Both the position numbers and the translations under genes were made by a program. A stretch of 64,000 nucleotides of DNA from Tubulanus polymorphus (Eukaryota; Animalia; Nemertea): the NCBI RefSeq assembly GCF_964204645.1, contig NC_134035.1:5766001-5830000 (forward strand), in the 5' to 3' direction. Of this stretch, positions 22,932-35,868 are shown piece by piece. Position 1 is the stretch's first letter. The number at the start of each line of letters is the position of its first letter. The notes under the pieces were generated by a model that did no database searches, was not told where the DNA came from, and saw nothing but the letters and a program-made list of their open reading frames with translations.

Positions 22932-25900
22932 ATGTATTTACAACTGATCGGTGCCGTGTTTTGTGTTTTATTCGTAGCCAGAAGTAAGTTTTCATAACTA
23001 GCAATTATTAGAATCGTAATTCATTCGTATTTGATCGCTTTATTAAACCGAAAATCACTCGCGAAATGGTATTTTCGGTTGTTTTTCTCAGTGCTGCCAC
23101 CTACTAAAAAAGCCTACTACTAATTGCACTATAGGCGTTTTTACGAGCATACGATTTGATTGAAGAAATCGATGGTTTGGTTAATCATGGTGACATAAAC
23201 ATGGCGACGTTGTCATTGAGAAAGCTTTTATCTTTATCTCAACTAGCTCACAGGGGCTCGTTACGATAGCTGGGGGTCAAAATCAAAGATTTGACCCAGT
23301 ATCCTAGGTACCACCTATAAAAAAAGAAAAGGGAGCTAACATTTTGACATACTAGAATTGACCTTCTCATTTCAATCGCTCATAACTTCGTAACCCATCG
23401 ACCGATTCGCTCGAAATTGGTTTCGTTTCATTCCTAAGAGGTTACTTTTTCGTTTGAGACCTTCCGCGACAAAATCGGATAAGAGACACCCGAGAAATCA
23501 CGACTCTTACCGAAAAAACGAGTCAAAATAGCCAAAGCCGGAATTACTAGGACGTCTCGGAGTAGTCGATTCCCGACGAAAAACGATGAGTTGACGCGGT
23601 TCCCGGACGTTAATCTTCACATATCATACATCGCTGGAAAGCTTATGAACTGACCTTATTGAAAAATGCGTTTATTTGATAATCTGTTCCGAAACCGGCG
23701 ACAAGCGAGGTGATAATACGCACCGAACCGATAAATACGCACTTTAAGCGTCACTGAACCGCCATTGAGGGTGTGACGTCACGGGCTCTGAGGACTGATA
23801 AATTCGCGATACGTGATTGGTCGACTGAATATGTCAATTATCTAGCGTTGCATGCTGGGATTTCTCATGACGTCACGCAGTTAATGGCGGCCGGAATACA
23901 CTTGGAAATCGTATTTATCGCATCAATCTGGATTATCAGCTCGCCAGTCGCGGGTATCGGAACGGATTATCAAATAAACCCGTCTTTCAATAAGGTCAGT
24001 TCATAAGCTTTCCAGCGATGTATGATATGTGAAGATTAACGTCCGGGAACCGCGTCAAATCATCGTTTTTCGTCGGAAATTGAGCACTTCAAGCCGTCCT
24101 AGTAATTCCGGCTTTGGATATTTTGACCCGTTTTTTCGGATTTGAGTCGTGATTTCTCGGGCGTCTCCGGTCCGATTTCATCGGGGAAGGTCTCAAACGA
24201 AAAAGTCACCTCTTAGGAATGAAACGAATCTAATTTCGTGTAAATCGGTCGATCGGTTACGAAGTTATGAGGGGTTGAAATGAGAAGGTCAATTCTTGTA
24301 TGTCAAAATGTTAGCTCCCTTTTCTTTTTTTATTGGTGGTACCTAGGATACTGTGTCAAATCTTTGATTTTGGACCCCCAGCTATCGTAACGAGCCCCTG
24401 TGAACTAGCTGGACGGTAGTCAGTAACCTGTCTGTGTGGTTTAGTTTTACGATCGGATATATTCACAAACCACAGTCAGGGCCACCTTCGGTTATCTGAG
24501 TTATCTGACTATAGTCGAACTAAACGAAACCGAATGTCCGTTAGTCCGAACTATATTCCGGAAATAGTTCGAAAATCAAGCGCATTCGGTTATTAGTTCC
24601 GACCACCAGTCAACTAGATACGAAAACCGAATTTGGCCCAGGAATGGGATGGTCATTTTTGCATGCAATCTTTGTGAGTCAATTTGACTCACGAGTAATT
24701 TGCCTGGCATTTCATTGACATTGTCTCTTAAGATATCCGTCTAATTTTTGTTGTAATCAACGCACAACAGATTCGTAGTTTGTTTGATTGATACCTATAA
24801 CACCTCACCTGACGATCTTAATCCATGTGCAAATCAGCCATAAAGTGAGAGTAAATTTCCGTCAATTCAACGGCGGCCATTTTGAAAAGTTGATGAGGGT
24901 GCTGGCATGTGTGGACTGAGGCCAGGACAACAACACAAACTAACGAAACGAAACGACGAAATTGAAAAAAATTGCGGAATCAACACTAATTCATATTTTC
25001 CTTCAACCAGAATTTATTAGTTTATTATTTATTATGGAAAACACGAAGATTTGAAATATAAGTTGGAAAACTATTAAAAATAAAAATTGTCTTTTCGTTT
25101 TGGAAGTTTTATATAAATCCTTATAGGTCACCTTGTCTATCATGCCACATGTATGCAATACAGAGAAATGGCAGAAATTGTAGAGAAATTGATTAATTTC
25201 TCAAAATAATGTTGATTAATCGCTCGAAACATACATAAAATTGGATTATTTCGAAAGGTACCCATGTTAGTTTGTGAATTAAGCCATTAATTGTGGACTG
25301 AAGTGAATAGAAGGTATATGTTTGAAGTGTTACTTCTTTCAACCGTGTTTTGGCCCTTGTCATCCCTAACGTTGGTGCAAGCCCATCCGATTATAAAAAG
25401 CTTACCACCAACGATTAGGTAACAAACTACCGGGACGGGTGCCACCCTTCTTGAAAATCAAATTGTTCGCGGTCGAGTTGGTCGACTATTGAGAAATCCT
25501 ACCACCAGAGGACAGGGTGACAATCAGAATCACTTGCAGAGCGAATTGGATGATATGAAAAATCGGTCGGAAAACCTCGTTCATAAAAACACCGATTTCG
25601 AAATCGGTGTTCGTATAAACGCCAATTTAATTATTTTTATGTTCTTCTATCATTAAAGGTGATGCTTTTTGGTGTTTTGAATGCGACAGTTCTGATCCAG
25701 GATGCGGTCAAGAGATTGATATCATGTTAGAGAGATGGAAATTGTGTGCGGGGCCGCCGTATTACTGTATGAAAGTTATTGAAAGAATTGGCAGTAAGTA
25801 TCATCCGTGAAGGCCAGAGTGTGGTTACTAACTTGAGTCCAAAAGTCGTCTTAAATCCTAAGACCAGTCTTAAGTTGTTAGACGGACTGAGCTTGAACTG

Positions 25901-26634
25901 GTCTTGTTAGATCGGTTATAGAACCAAAGTGAGCTTAGACTGGTCTTGAGCTGTTGGATAGGCTACGGAACCAAAATGATCTATGACTGGTCTTAAGTTG
26001 TTAGATTGGCTATGGAACCAAAATGATCTAAGACTGGTCTTAGGTTGTTAGATTGGTTATCAAACCAAAATGAGCTTATACTGGTCTTGATTTGTTATCG
26101 AACCAAAATGAGCTAAGACTGGTCTTAAGTTGTTAGGTCAGTTATTGAACCAAAACGAGCTTAGACTGGTCTAAAGTTGTTAGACGGTTTAAATTATAGA
26201 ACCAAAATGATCTAAGACTGGTCTTAAGATGTTTGATTGGTTATAGAACCAAGGCGATCATCTTAGACTGGTTAACTTCAACTAACTTCCGAGCGACTGA
26301 CTCCTTCTGTCTGTCAGCTCAACTAGTTCATAACTGGTAAAAATTGCGCCCTCTATTTTCAGGTAACGTACACATCACTCGTGGTTGTATGGAGATCTTC
26401 ATGCGTAACACCGATTACCGTTTGGACATGCCGACAATCCGTCGCCATAACTACTGTTTACCTGGTCGTAACGTCGACGTAGAACATGGGGCTAAGCCGA
26501 ACCCTTACGTCGATCGGCAGTACTGTTTCTGCAACGATTACAACGGTTGTAATCCGGCGAATACCGTCCGTTCCAATCTGATTCCGATCTTCGTTCTGAC
26601 GATTCTTACGTCGATTCTGCTACGATTTAGATAA
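22932..26634 (+). CDS. Ly6/uPAR three-finger protein (quiver/sleepless-like) with signal peptide and GPI-type tail, gene 1
   Basis: Exons 22932-22983 (MYLQLIGAVFCVLFVAR), 25659-25793 (DAFWCFECDSSDPGC...YCMKVIE), 26363-26634 (ITRGC...YCFCNDYNGCN plus hydrophobic tail). Phase-1 introns; 10 Cys. Confidence 0.88.
23249..24402. mobile_element. 1154-bp non-autonomous foldback DNA transposon with 8-bp TSD (P/Galileo-like)
   Basis: Termini CACAGGGGCTCGTTACGATAGCTGGGGGTC and its complement. AACTAGCT at 23241-23248 and 24403-24410. Arms about 535 bp, spacer about 80 bp, no transposase ORF. Confidence 0.9.
25830..26275. repeat. ~46-bp minisatellite (about 9 degenerate units) expanded inside a Harbinger-like MITE
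   Basis: Unit AGACTGGTCTTAAGTTGTTAGATTGGCTATGGAACCAAAATGATCTA; a single-unit version occurs in the MITEs at ~9300-9405 and 63479-63753. Confidence 0.85.
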
Positions 26635-26819
26635 AGTACAGTTTTACGTTCGAACGCCGTCCACAGCAGAATTCTAAACTTGTTTGTATTTCGTGGGTTT
26701 AGCTTCCTTCGAAGACGGGGATTTATACCTGATTGGCATTGTGAGGTCATGGCTGCCTGTCGGAAATCATGATCTATTTATATTTAAGCTGTGAATTTGC
26801 CTCATTGATTATACATCAG

Positions 26820-26922
26820 GGCCCGGTTCCGCAGTTGTGAGTTAGAGTTAACTCTGAGTTAAAGTTAGTTAATTTTCGATGTTTTAAAAATCAAATTTAA
26901 CTCAGGGCCGTGGAACCGGATC
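26820..26922. mobile_element. Short Harbinger-like MITE family (GAGTTAACTC core), many copies in the window
   Basis: GGCCCGGTTCCGCAG...TGGAACCGGATCC with CAG/CTG flanks. Related copies near 11700-11800, 11820-12145, 32208-32303, 36282-36387 and 62400-62510. Confidence 0.65.
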
Positions 26923-27644
26923 CTGGCAATCTGATTGGAACCACACGTTTTTGTGTGGCTAATCAGGAAGGGGTTTATGACTTGGCCGTATTGGATGCCA
27001 TCAGGTTTGAATTGACTTTGCCGAGGGAGGAGGGGATGTGTCAAGGTTAGGACTAATAAACTTTTATGTTTACCCTAAAACTGACCTAAAGGAGATATTA
27101 TATATAAGGCACAACTAAACATGCATATCATAAGTATCGCTTTATAATTATTTATTTTATCTGTATTTATGTCTTAGGGTAGCGCCGGGCCATTAAGGGA
27201 TGTCACATATCAGTTAACATGTAAATAAGGGGGAGGCACTTAATTGATTATCATCCATCAATCAATAAATAATGTAGATATAATGATGATTTTATAAGAT
27301 ATGTAAATTATTTTTTACAAATCAGAATTTTTTTATCAAATTAAACTGTATGTGATACAAATGTATAAGGATTAGGTTTTAGCATACAGTTACTGTATGT
27401 TAGTCGACTATAAATCATGGGCAAACATTCCATTTTATACACGTATTGTCATCGATGATGTTTTTATGCTTATGAATATTTCTATCAAATAAATGTATCT
27501 TCTGTATTTAACACCTATTAACTGGATTTTGTTCATTTTATTACAATTGAACTGATTTCTGTTTACGGTTTTCAAGTATGACATTGTTGAGGAAATACCG
27601 GTACTAGTCTTATTCCCCTCGTGTACCACAGTACATGCAAGTGT

Positions 27645-28360
27645 TCCAGACTATGAGAAATCCTACAAACCAGAGGACAGTGTGACAATCGGACGTTTGA
27701 AAATCCTACAATAGGACTAGGTGTTCATCAAACTGTATTGAGAAATCTACCAGCAGAGGACAGGGTGACAAACAGGCATCCTACCAGAGGACAAGGTCTC
27801 CACCAGACTATATATATCGAAATATCCTACCAGCCAAGGACAGTGTGACAATCGGGTATTTGAAAAATTCTACCACCAGGGCCCAGTTTCACGAAAAAGT
27901 TTAAGGGGGTCATTCATTTATTACGTACGTATTAAAGGAGGGGGGAGGGGTCAGTGCAATTGCGTACTGTAATGCTTAATGTATACGAAAAAACGGCCGA
28001 TTTTGCGTACAGGGGAGGGGGGTTGAAAAATTCAAATTTTATGCATACGTAATAAATGAATGATCCCTAGCCCAAAATGGTTAAATTTGAATTGTTGTCC
28101 TCATTGAAGATATGAAATAACCAATAGCAATTACACCAAAAATTTGACCTTTTTGTGAAACTGGACCCAGAGGACAGTGACAATCTAGACCATTGACAAA
28201 TCCTACAAGAGGACAAGGTGTCCATCAGACTATTGAGAACACCAGAGGACAGGCTGACAATCAGACTGAGAAATCCTACTACCGGTACTAGAGGACAGTG
28301 ACCATCAGGCTACAAGTATAACCTAACACAGGGGCACTATCAGACTACAATCCTACTCAC
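27645..28360. repeat. Degenerate ~42-bp satellite with two nested MITEs
   Basis: Unit GAGAAATCCTACCACCAGAGGACAGGGTGACAATCAGACTATT (one copy also at ~25485-25530). Interrupted by the MITE at 27879-28168, which is itself interrupted by the MITE at ~27905-28067. Confidence 0.8.
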
Positions 28361-28883
28361 TAGGAGAACCCTGCAATTGAAAATAATGAAACAGTTTTTA
28401 ATAGAACAGCACACATTTATTTCTATCTACCATTTAGAACATTATATTCATAATTTCATGGAATCCAATTAAGAAAATTGAGATCAAAATGAAGATTTAT
28501 TATTTTCAAACCTGGAAATAACTCAATTTATCTACGAGTACAATACATCATTAACATGATTATATATACGATGAGTCTGCTATGATACAGTTTAATCAGC
28601 TGATTTCGATGCCTAATAAGAAACTGACAGTAACGAAGGGTCTCATTTGAAAACAACTGCGCACAAAAAATTGCCATTTCTGATCTCCATTCGTGCGTAC
28701 ATCGTAAACGATCCCGAAGTTCGGACACCTCCCCTACTCGTCAATCTCTTCAAGTTATCTACAAACTCTAAAGCTGTGTCTTTACCAGAGTAGCGTTTCC
28801 AACTCACTGCCCCGACTGACCGTGAATACTAGACATGGGTTTAACGGGATGATAATCTAATATATGGAGCCATTTACTCGTAA

Positions 28884-29242
28884 CAGGGTTTCCAGTGGTA
28901 AGACCAGGACAAAAAGAAGTATAAGTAGGACTTCTTCGGTAAAATGACGTCCCATAAGGAAGCATCTTCGCAATGCCTTCAGCAACGAAACTTAGTTAGT
29001 GGATACTTATGTAGACCAGTCTTATATTCCAGGGTAATTCCATAACACTTTCCTGTATATTCAACCTTACTGACTATTGAATTACCAGGCATAGGTAACA
29101 AAAAACTTCGGTCGAATTCGCGACCAAACTGCGTGCAATAAATACATAAACTCTTAATCTGGAAGGACTTTTTAATCAAAAAGAAGGACAAAGATGATGT
29201 TTGTCAAATTTTTTCCCCAAAGAAGGACCGCTGGAAACCCTG
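28884..29242. mobile_element. hAT-like MITE (TSD not recognisable)
   Basis: TIR CAGGGTTTCCAG / CTGGAAACCCTG with subterminal AAAGAAGGAC repeats. Confidence 0.55.
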
Positions 29243-29428
29243 TGTAGAATAGACAACAAAACGTATGTAGACAAGTCAGCAAGTTGCTGATAGATGACTG
29301 GAAACCTATTATGCATCTCCATACCCAATAAAAGAGTAAAGCGCATCCACTACACAGCCGGGATACGGGTAGACCTCAGAGTAATCAATCCAACTACTCA
29401 AACAATAGACACAGCTTCAGATATACGC

Positions 29429-29431
<3 letters not shown>

Positions 29432-29471
<40 letters not shown>
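29432..29471. repeat. (TA)n microsatellite
   Basis: About 20 TA units. Confidence 0.95.
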
Positions 29472-29476
<5 letters not shown>

Positions 29477-31885
29477 TTCTATACACAATTACCTTTGTTC
29501 CTTTATACTCCCGGTAATAACAATCGAATGTTTTGTGCAAATAACCTATATGTATTAATCGTTTAAAATAAAGCCACTAATAAAAATGTTAGACTAGTTT
29601 AGCTTATTCAATACTTAATGTTCCACACAATTGTTAAAATCAGATCGGTTGTTTAAAATGAATATAAAAACAAAAACAAGTTTGAACATACCCGGTTCGC
29701 TACAGTACAAAAAAATTGCGTTGTTCGTTAAGGTCACAAAAATACTGACGACTTGCTTTAGAGCGAATGTAAATGGTACATGTCATTGTAAATTCTCAAG
29801 GTCTCGCGATTAAAAAATGAGGCTCGTTCTAAAATTAAATTCGCCGTAAAATGGACTACCTGGAATTCAGTTTGAACACCTGGGAAAGTCTTTTTCACGC
29901 GAGTATCGGCGAATTTTAGAAATTTACTTATCTAACGTATGGTATTCAACAACGTGCATTTTGATTAATTTAAAACGAGGTATTCAATACTTTCCCGGAA
30001 ATGTTTACATCGAAATAATATCTATCTGCTACATAGAGGCTTGATATAGATTTCTACAAATTGACCCTTTCACGGCTTGTAGCCTTACATGCAGTGTATA
30101 GCTGTATTATGCAAAATTGCATCATTGCAAAATATTAGCACAGTAGACTTCACTCAAGTCGATCCGGATCAACTCACGAGATAACTGTTTATCTCAGAGA
30201 TAACCATTCAACTCAAGAGATAACCAACTCAAGAGATAACTGTTTAACTTACGAGATAATCATTTAGCTCTTTGAGACTATTTACTATATCTGACTCTAG
30301 TCCGACAAATTTGTAGTCTGAAAAAGCTTCAACACGAGTGCAGTCTACTCTTGGCGGAATTGATATAATACCGCAAATAATATCGGGGTGGGAAACCGTC
30401 AGCAGTGAAAGGGTTAATGCAAAAATATCACAACAAACTAGTAGAAGACCTATAAACAACCACCAGACATGCTGTAGTCAGTCAGAACTCAACTCACAAC
30501 AGCAGAGGACCGGGCGGATCCAGTCCGCTGTATTATGACAAACATTATCAATAGTAAAATGATTACCAAACACGGTGATAACACGGATTCTAATGTAAAT
30601 TCATCGAATAAAATGAGAATGTTTTTTTTTTCAACCGGCAAAAATGCCACAAGTTTGAGATTCCTAAATGTAATATGCTATGTTGATTGATTTAGGTCCA
30701 TTAGTAATCGGTAAATGTTTAAAACTTTCAAACTGTCCTGGAGATTAATTGGTACGACGCGGTCGGAGACGAGTCAGAGTCTACTGGTTTTGATATAAGT
30801 CTAGCGTACGTTCTTACAGTTTTTCTCGGATCACACGTATATCGTTCGTATATTAGTGAACTAGAGATCGATTAAATCTATACGATGCATAAGCATCATG
30901 CAGATAGTAGTCGGAGATACGGAGAGAGAGACAGATTCGATCAATCAATGATATTGATTTATCGATCGAGGCACAACAGACACCGCTGCAACTTTCTACA
31001 CAATGGTATAGATTAATCCACCCTCGAAACACAATAACTACTACAGAATCCAGGCTACAAAACCGGCATCTCTAAATCTTCTCTCACGTTACACGCAGAT
31101 ATCATACGTTTGGTTAACCCGCATTCTCGGATTCTAATTCATTACCATTGTTCTCCAAGTGCTGGGATTTAAGAAGGGCCGCTTGGCTTCTTTTTTAGTG
31201 TAACATTACGGATGTCAAATGCAAAGCATTAGAAACTGTAACAATTATATAAGCTTCAATTCTGGCGTAATCTTTCATATTAACTCGCTTTGGTATAAAG
31301 CAATTGTCGTTGTAAGCCATGATTGGAAATAATTGTGACATATTTAACTCATGTTTCAGAGGTTGCGGATTTTCGAACATGAGTGGCTGATTTTCAGAGG
31401 GGTCGATGGAAAATTGACAGGGCGACCGCAACACCTGTAAAACCTCTAGCGGAGAACATTAAACCGACATTCTTTCCCCCCCATTATCTTCGCAAATCTG
31501 TCATGGTAATTTATACGACGATCGAGTAGCGAAATAAGCCTAAATTGCGAAAAACGTTAATTTTTACCCTGAATCTAAACAACGATACCCGACGATCAAA
31601 ACCTGTTCGCTAACATTCATGATTAATTCATAAAAACTACAGTACAAGAAATAGTTCCCATAATAAATGCGAAACGTACATATAAAATCAATAACTCGAG
31701 AGAGAGCACGAAATTTACGCTTAAATTGGTCCGAAATCACCAAGCTTTCTCTTTTCCCGGCGGGTGTCTGCATAGATGAGGTATATCGAAAGGTCTGCAG
31801 TTAATCTTCAATTGTCCGACGCTTCGTTCGATTCTTTCTTTAATTATGGGATCTGTTTTTTGTCATTGCGTTTCTTCGACAAACT

Positions 31886-34800
31886 CTAAGAACGCCATGC
31901 TGCGAAAACGGACGTCAAAATCACGAAAAGCAAACCGAACGAAACGGCCGCCGCCGACGCGCCGTTACAATGGTTTCCGCGGCAATAACAAACAACGCTC
32001 GTACCGCCGGCTCCTTGCTGTTTGGTACAACCGTCGCGTTTATCGACCAGCTGGGCGCAGAATCGGGAAACCTTTTTGCCAGCTGAAAGACAAGAATTGC
32101 GAGTACGGTCATCGTTTGATATGAAAATAAGAGAAAATCGGTAGGAACTTCATTTTTCTCTTTGAAATTATGAAACAGAATTTTACCGACAAAAGAATAC
32201 ACTAGGACTCGATTCCGTTAGTCGTGGGTTAAGATTCGATTTCAGAGTTAACTCATTGAAAATGAACTGATTTTAACTCAATCTCAGAGCTGTGGAACTG
32301 GATCATGGTCCGTAGCATTGAGGTTTAAGCATTTAAGTTAGGCCCAACATTTTCAGCATTTTTTTTCTACATTTTTGTGAAAAGTAAACACAAGTCAGGA
32401 CCGACAATAATATTTTTTCGTGCAAGAAGCTGAACTTTTAAGCAGACTCGCTATACAGCGCATGATGAATGTTCAATCATAAGTATGAAATTCATGTTGT
32501 AACACGAGGAAAAGGTCTCGAAGTAAAGGAATGCTTAAATATTATTCAAGAAAGCCCTTTTATTCATATACAGACTAATTACTCCAAGCACATACACTAC
32601 TGACACACAGGCACATATGTCTAGACACGTTCACGCAAATTTGCAATTCGAGAAAATCTTAGAGTACCCTGACGATGATCTCTAGGGTGAGAATGAAACG
32701 TCGTGTCTTTCATATATTTTAGATTTAATAAATAAATTCTGGTTTTTAAATTCTTTTAATCTGTAAATAGTGGGATTTTATCTTATCTTCTTAGAATACC
32801 CATTTATATTTTTCATTAACTCGTAAACGTTAAACGTACCAATCTTGATGTCGCCCCCCTTGTCGATGGTATAAATTTCGGTGATGATCTTCATACAAGA
32901 ATCGTCCTGTTTGCCGCAGTCTTCGGATCTATTCAAAGAAGCCGAACGACTCGGCATCGTCTCCGTACAGCCTTTATCACTGGGAGTCTCACACGCTACG
33001 CACTGTAATGCTTCACCTAGAAACAAAAAAAAAAAGAAGTTTCATAGCAAACTATTCAACAACCTATCGAAATTACCGCCTAAAAAAATCATGATCCGAT
33101 GTTTTGAAAATACAGTAGAATCGGCTTAATTCGGATCATTTGGGACCAACAAAATCAATCCAGTTTTAATACGGAAAATCGAGATCACCCCGATTAGAAG
33201 TCATTTTCTTTATCTTATGAACCGATGATTGCAAATATTCTCCGTATCTGACAAAAATTGGGATTAAGCGGGTTATTCAGTTTGTAGTCATAGAAACCTA
33301 ATGTCAAACTTGTCAAAATCTCTCCACGTAAAAGAAGACTTTTTTCGGCAATTCTTCAAATACAGTGTTGAATATAGACTTTATTCCTTAATTCAGTTCG
33401 GAGGTATATTTCTTCTTCCCTGATCAGTTTAAATAATAAAAGAATAGTTAAAAGATAATAAGGTTAAAAATTTTCATGCTTCCTAGTAATGCCTCTTTAA
33501 TTCTTAGAATGTCATTACCTTTTTTTTTGTTTTATGTTAAGTACAACGTGTACGCAATACGTCTTTTTAGAAAATAGCGCTGCATGAAAGCATATATTAT
33601 CATATTATTACTTATTTCAGGTAGGGCCACTGGGTAACATTTCAGAGTTATTGTACATACCCATGTGCAATAACCTTACATTTACTTCTATGCAAACGTA
33701 TGTAAATGTACTCGTCTGTACTTTTATTCATTTATTCTCAAGCGTTTTCAATGTAACATTTCAGAGTAAATAAAGTTTCATAATGTACGCAACATCTGTG
33801 CAATGAAATCACACCGCAGGTAGATATTAGGCCTACTGTATCAGTCTGAAGCTTGATGTTAAAGAAGCCATCATACAGTCAGTGTAATTGGAAGCATTAA
33901 AATTAGGCAAAAGCGCAGGTTCTTCCCAACTCATATGAATATGACACATTCTGTTTAACCGAAAACCATGATCTATGACTCGGAATGCCCCTAGGGATTT
34001 GATGCAGTGGTTCTTTCCACATAGGCTTGTAAACTGGCTTGGATTTTTTTCCGGGTTGTTCATAATCTCGCGAGAATGGTGCTAAATTTGAACTGCAAAT
34101 AAATTCAAAATATCACGGAAATACTTTGTATTTTGATATTGTTTATTAATTTATCCGCTATAATGTTCCGATAAACAATTGGTTGTTAAGGATCATTAGG
34201 CCTATCAGGCGGTCGCGACGCCTTACTATATGAAAATAACAAGGGATGAAACGGCTTTGCTTTTGCGGCCATTATTCGTGCGTTAGACGCTTTCGATCTT
34301 ACAGACTATTTGGCAAATAACTAAAAGTAAATGCAGACTCATTTCGAATTATAAAATAGACTTTGAGCACAGGTACCTCAGTCATGACATGGGCCTTATT
34401 TCAAAGCAGTCCGACTGAAAGGTTTAATATAAGCCCTAAATCTAAACCCCTAGCCTAGGACTAACTAACCATTTAATCTGACACTCCTCTGGTAATCATA
34501 CCCTAATTGCATAAATCATCAACTTTTTATATCAAATGAAGAAACAGCATCTACCAGGATAAATACTGTAATAACGTGTTGATTGATTATTTATTGTGCG
34601 AAATAATTCCCAAATTCTATTCCATTTCCATAAATTTGTTAGGCCTATATCATTCTATCAGTAAGAAAGCAGTTAGACACACTTTTAACCTATTATGCTT
34701 TAAAACTTACCAGCTGGATATTCATTTCCACTACTTAAACCTAATTACACACAACAGAACGAGCAGATAATTTATCAACGAAATTTGCACAGACTAATTA

Positions 34801-34957
34801 GTGCATTTGAGGCCTTAAAATTATCAGGCCTTAAATCTGTCGAATGCATCGAACAATCAGAGAAAGCTAAAATCACATTGAATAAACAAACATATATAAA
34901 CTTACCACTGGTTAAACAAGCTGCGAATATAACGCCGAAAAGGTATAGATTCATCAT
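31886..34957 (-). CDS. Ly6/uPAR three-finger protein (quiver-like), gene 2
   Basis: Exons 34957-34906 (MMNLYLFGVIFAACLTS), 33016-32840 (EALQCVACE...SCMKI), 32082-31886 (VSRFC...DGC...VCYCRGNHCNGASAAAVSFGLLFVILTSVFAAWRS*). 10 Cys and a GPI-type tail. Confidence 0.88.
32635..32780 (+). mobile_element. Family B element with hammerhead-like motif (core 32669-32702)
   Basis: CTGACGA-T-GATCTC-TAGGGT-GAGAAT-GAAA-CG-TC-GTGT, ending ATCTGTAAATAGTGGGATTTT like the 11884 copy. Confidence 0.6.
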
Positions 34958-35868
34958 TTTTCCGATAGCTGCACACCCTAACCACACTAACTCAAAATGA
35001 ACTGGGGTCGAGAGGATGGTGGCGGTCTCTGGTGGTGCTGGCGATAATTATTACAAACTTTTGCAACATATTTCATTACAGTTTTTCTACATTATAGCCT
35101 ACATGAGGTGAAACAGAGAATATTCAAAGGATTGAGATATTGACAACATTAAGACAATCTTACGGTTAGAAAATATTTTTGGATAATACATAGGATTCGA
35201 ACTTGCTTACAGAAAATAAGGGGCTAGCTGCAAGTCAGTTCGGCGCGAAATACGAACGAACGCATAAAAATCAAGTTCGAGTCCTACATTTTCCCATTAA
35301 TTTAAAACTTTTATTTTCAATTTCGTAATGTTCGAATTTACAGTTTGGTAATACAAATCTATACAAATCAGATAGATGGATATGAAAAAAACTAACAATG
35401 AAAATCTTAAATGAATTTACGATTCTATCTACTTTCCTGCGGGAATCTAATGCAGAGAAACCAATTTTTCAGATTGTCTCTCATCATTTTTTGATCGTTC
35501 ATTATTAAAAAAAGATTAGTAATGTACACCTTTTTTCACTTCCAATACAAAGTACATCGCTCGAGCATATACATTGAACCCCATGGCATTTATAAATGGA
35601 GGCTTTATACAAAGTGGTTTTGATTTTCAAACATGTCTTGATCTCCAACTGCCAGAAGGCGATTATCCAAAGATGGTCACACATAATTCCAAAACGCGGA
35701 TCCTGGGACGAATTGAAAAGGCTGGAGCCAAGAAGGCGGTATGTATTTCTTAAATCAGGAACTTTTTCATTTGAATTGTGATTTCGACTTCCCAGGATCC
35801 GCTTCACGCTATAAATTCACATTCAAACGTTCGACATTTTTATGCTGCTCAACGAAATTATCAAAAGT

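Noticed and set aside
23201-23248. AACATGGCG as the start of a gene disrupted by the foldback
   Set aside because: Removing the element gives a stop after 18 codons, and the site lies in Ly6 intron 1.
31195-31434. Candidate third exon of Ly6 gene 2
   Set aside because: It hits an early stop in the required phase; 32082-31886 completes the Cys pattern.
35505-35807. Cys-containing 100-aa ORF as another Ly6 exon
   Set aside because: It lies downstream of the gene 3 stop and lacks the CxC...CN pattern and convincing splice context.
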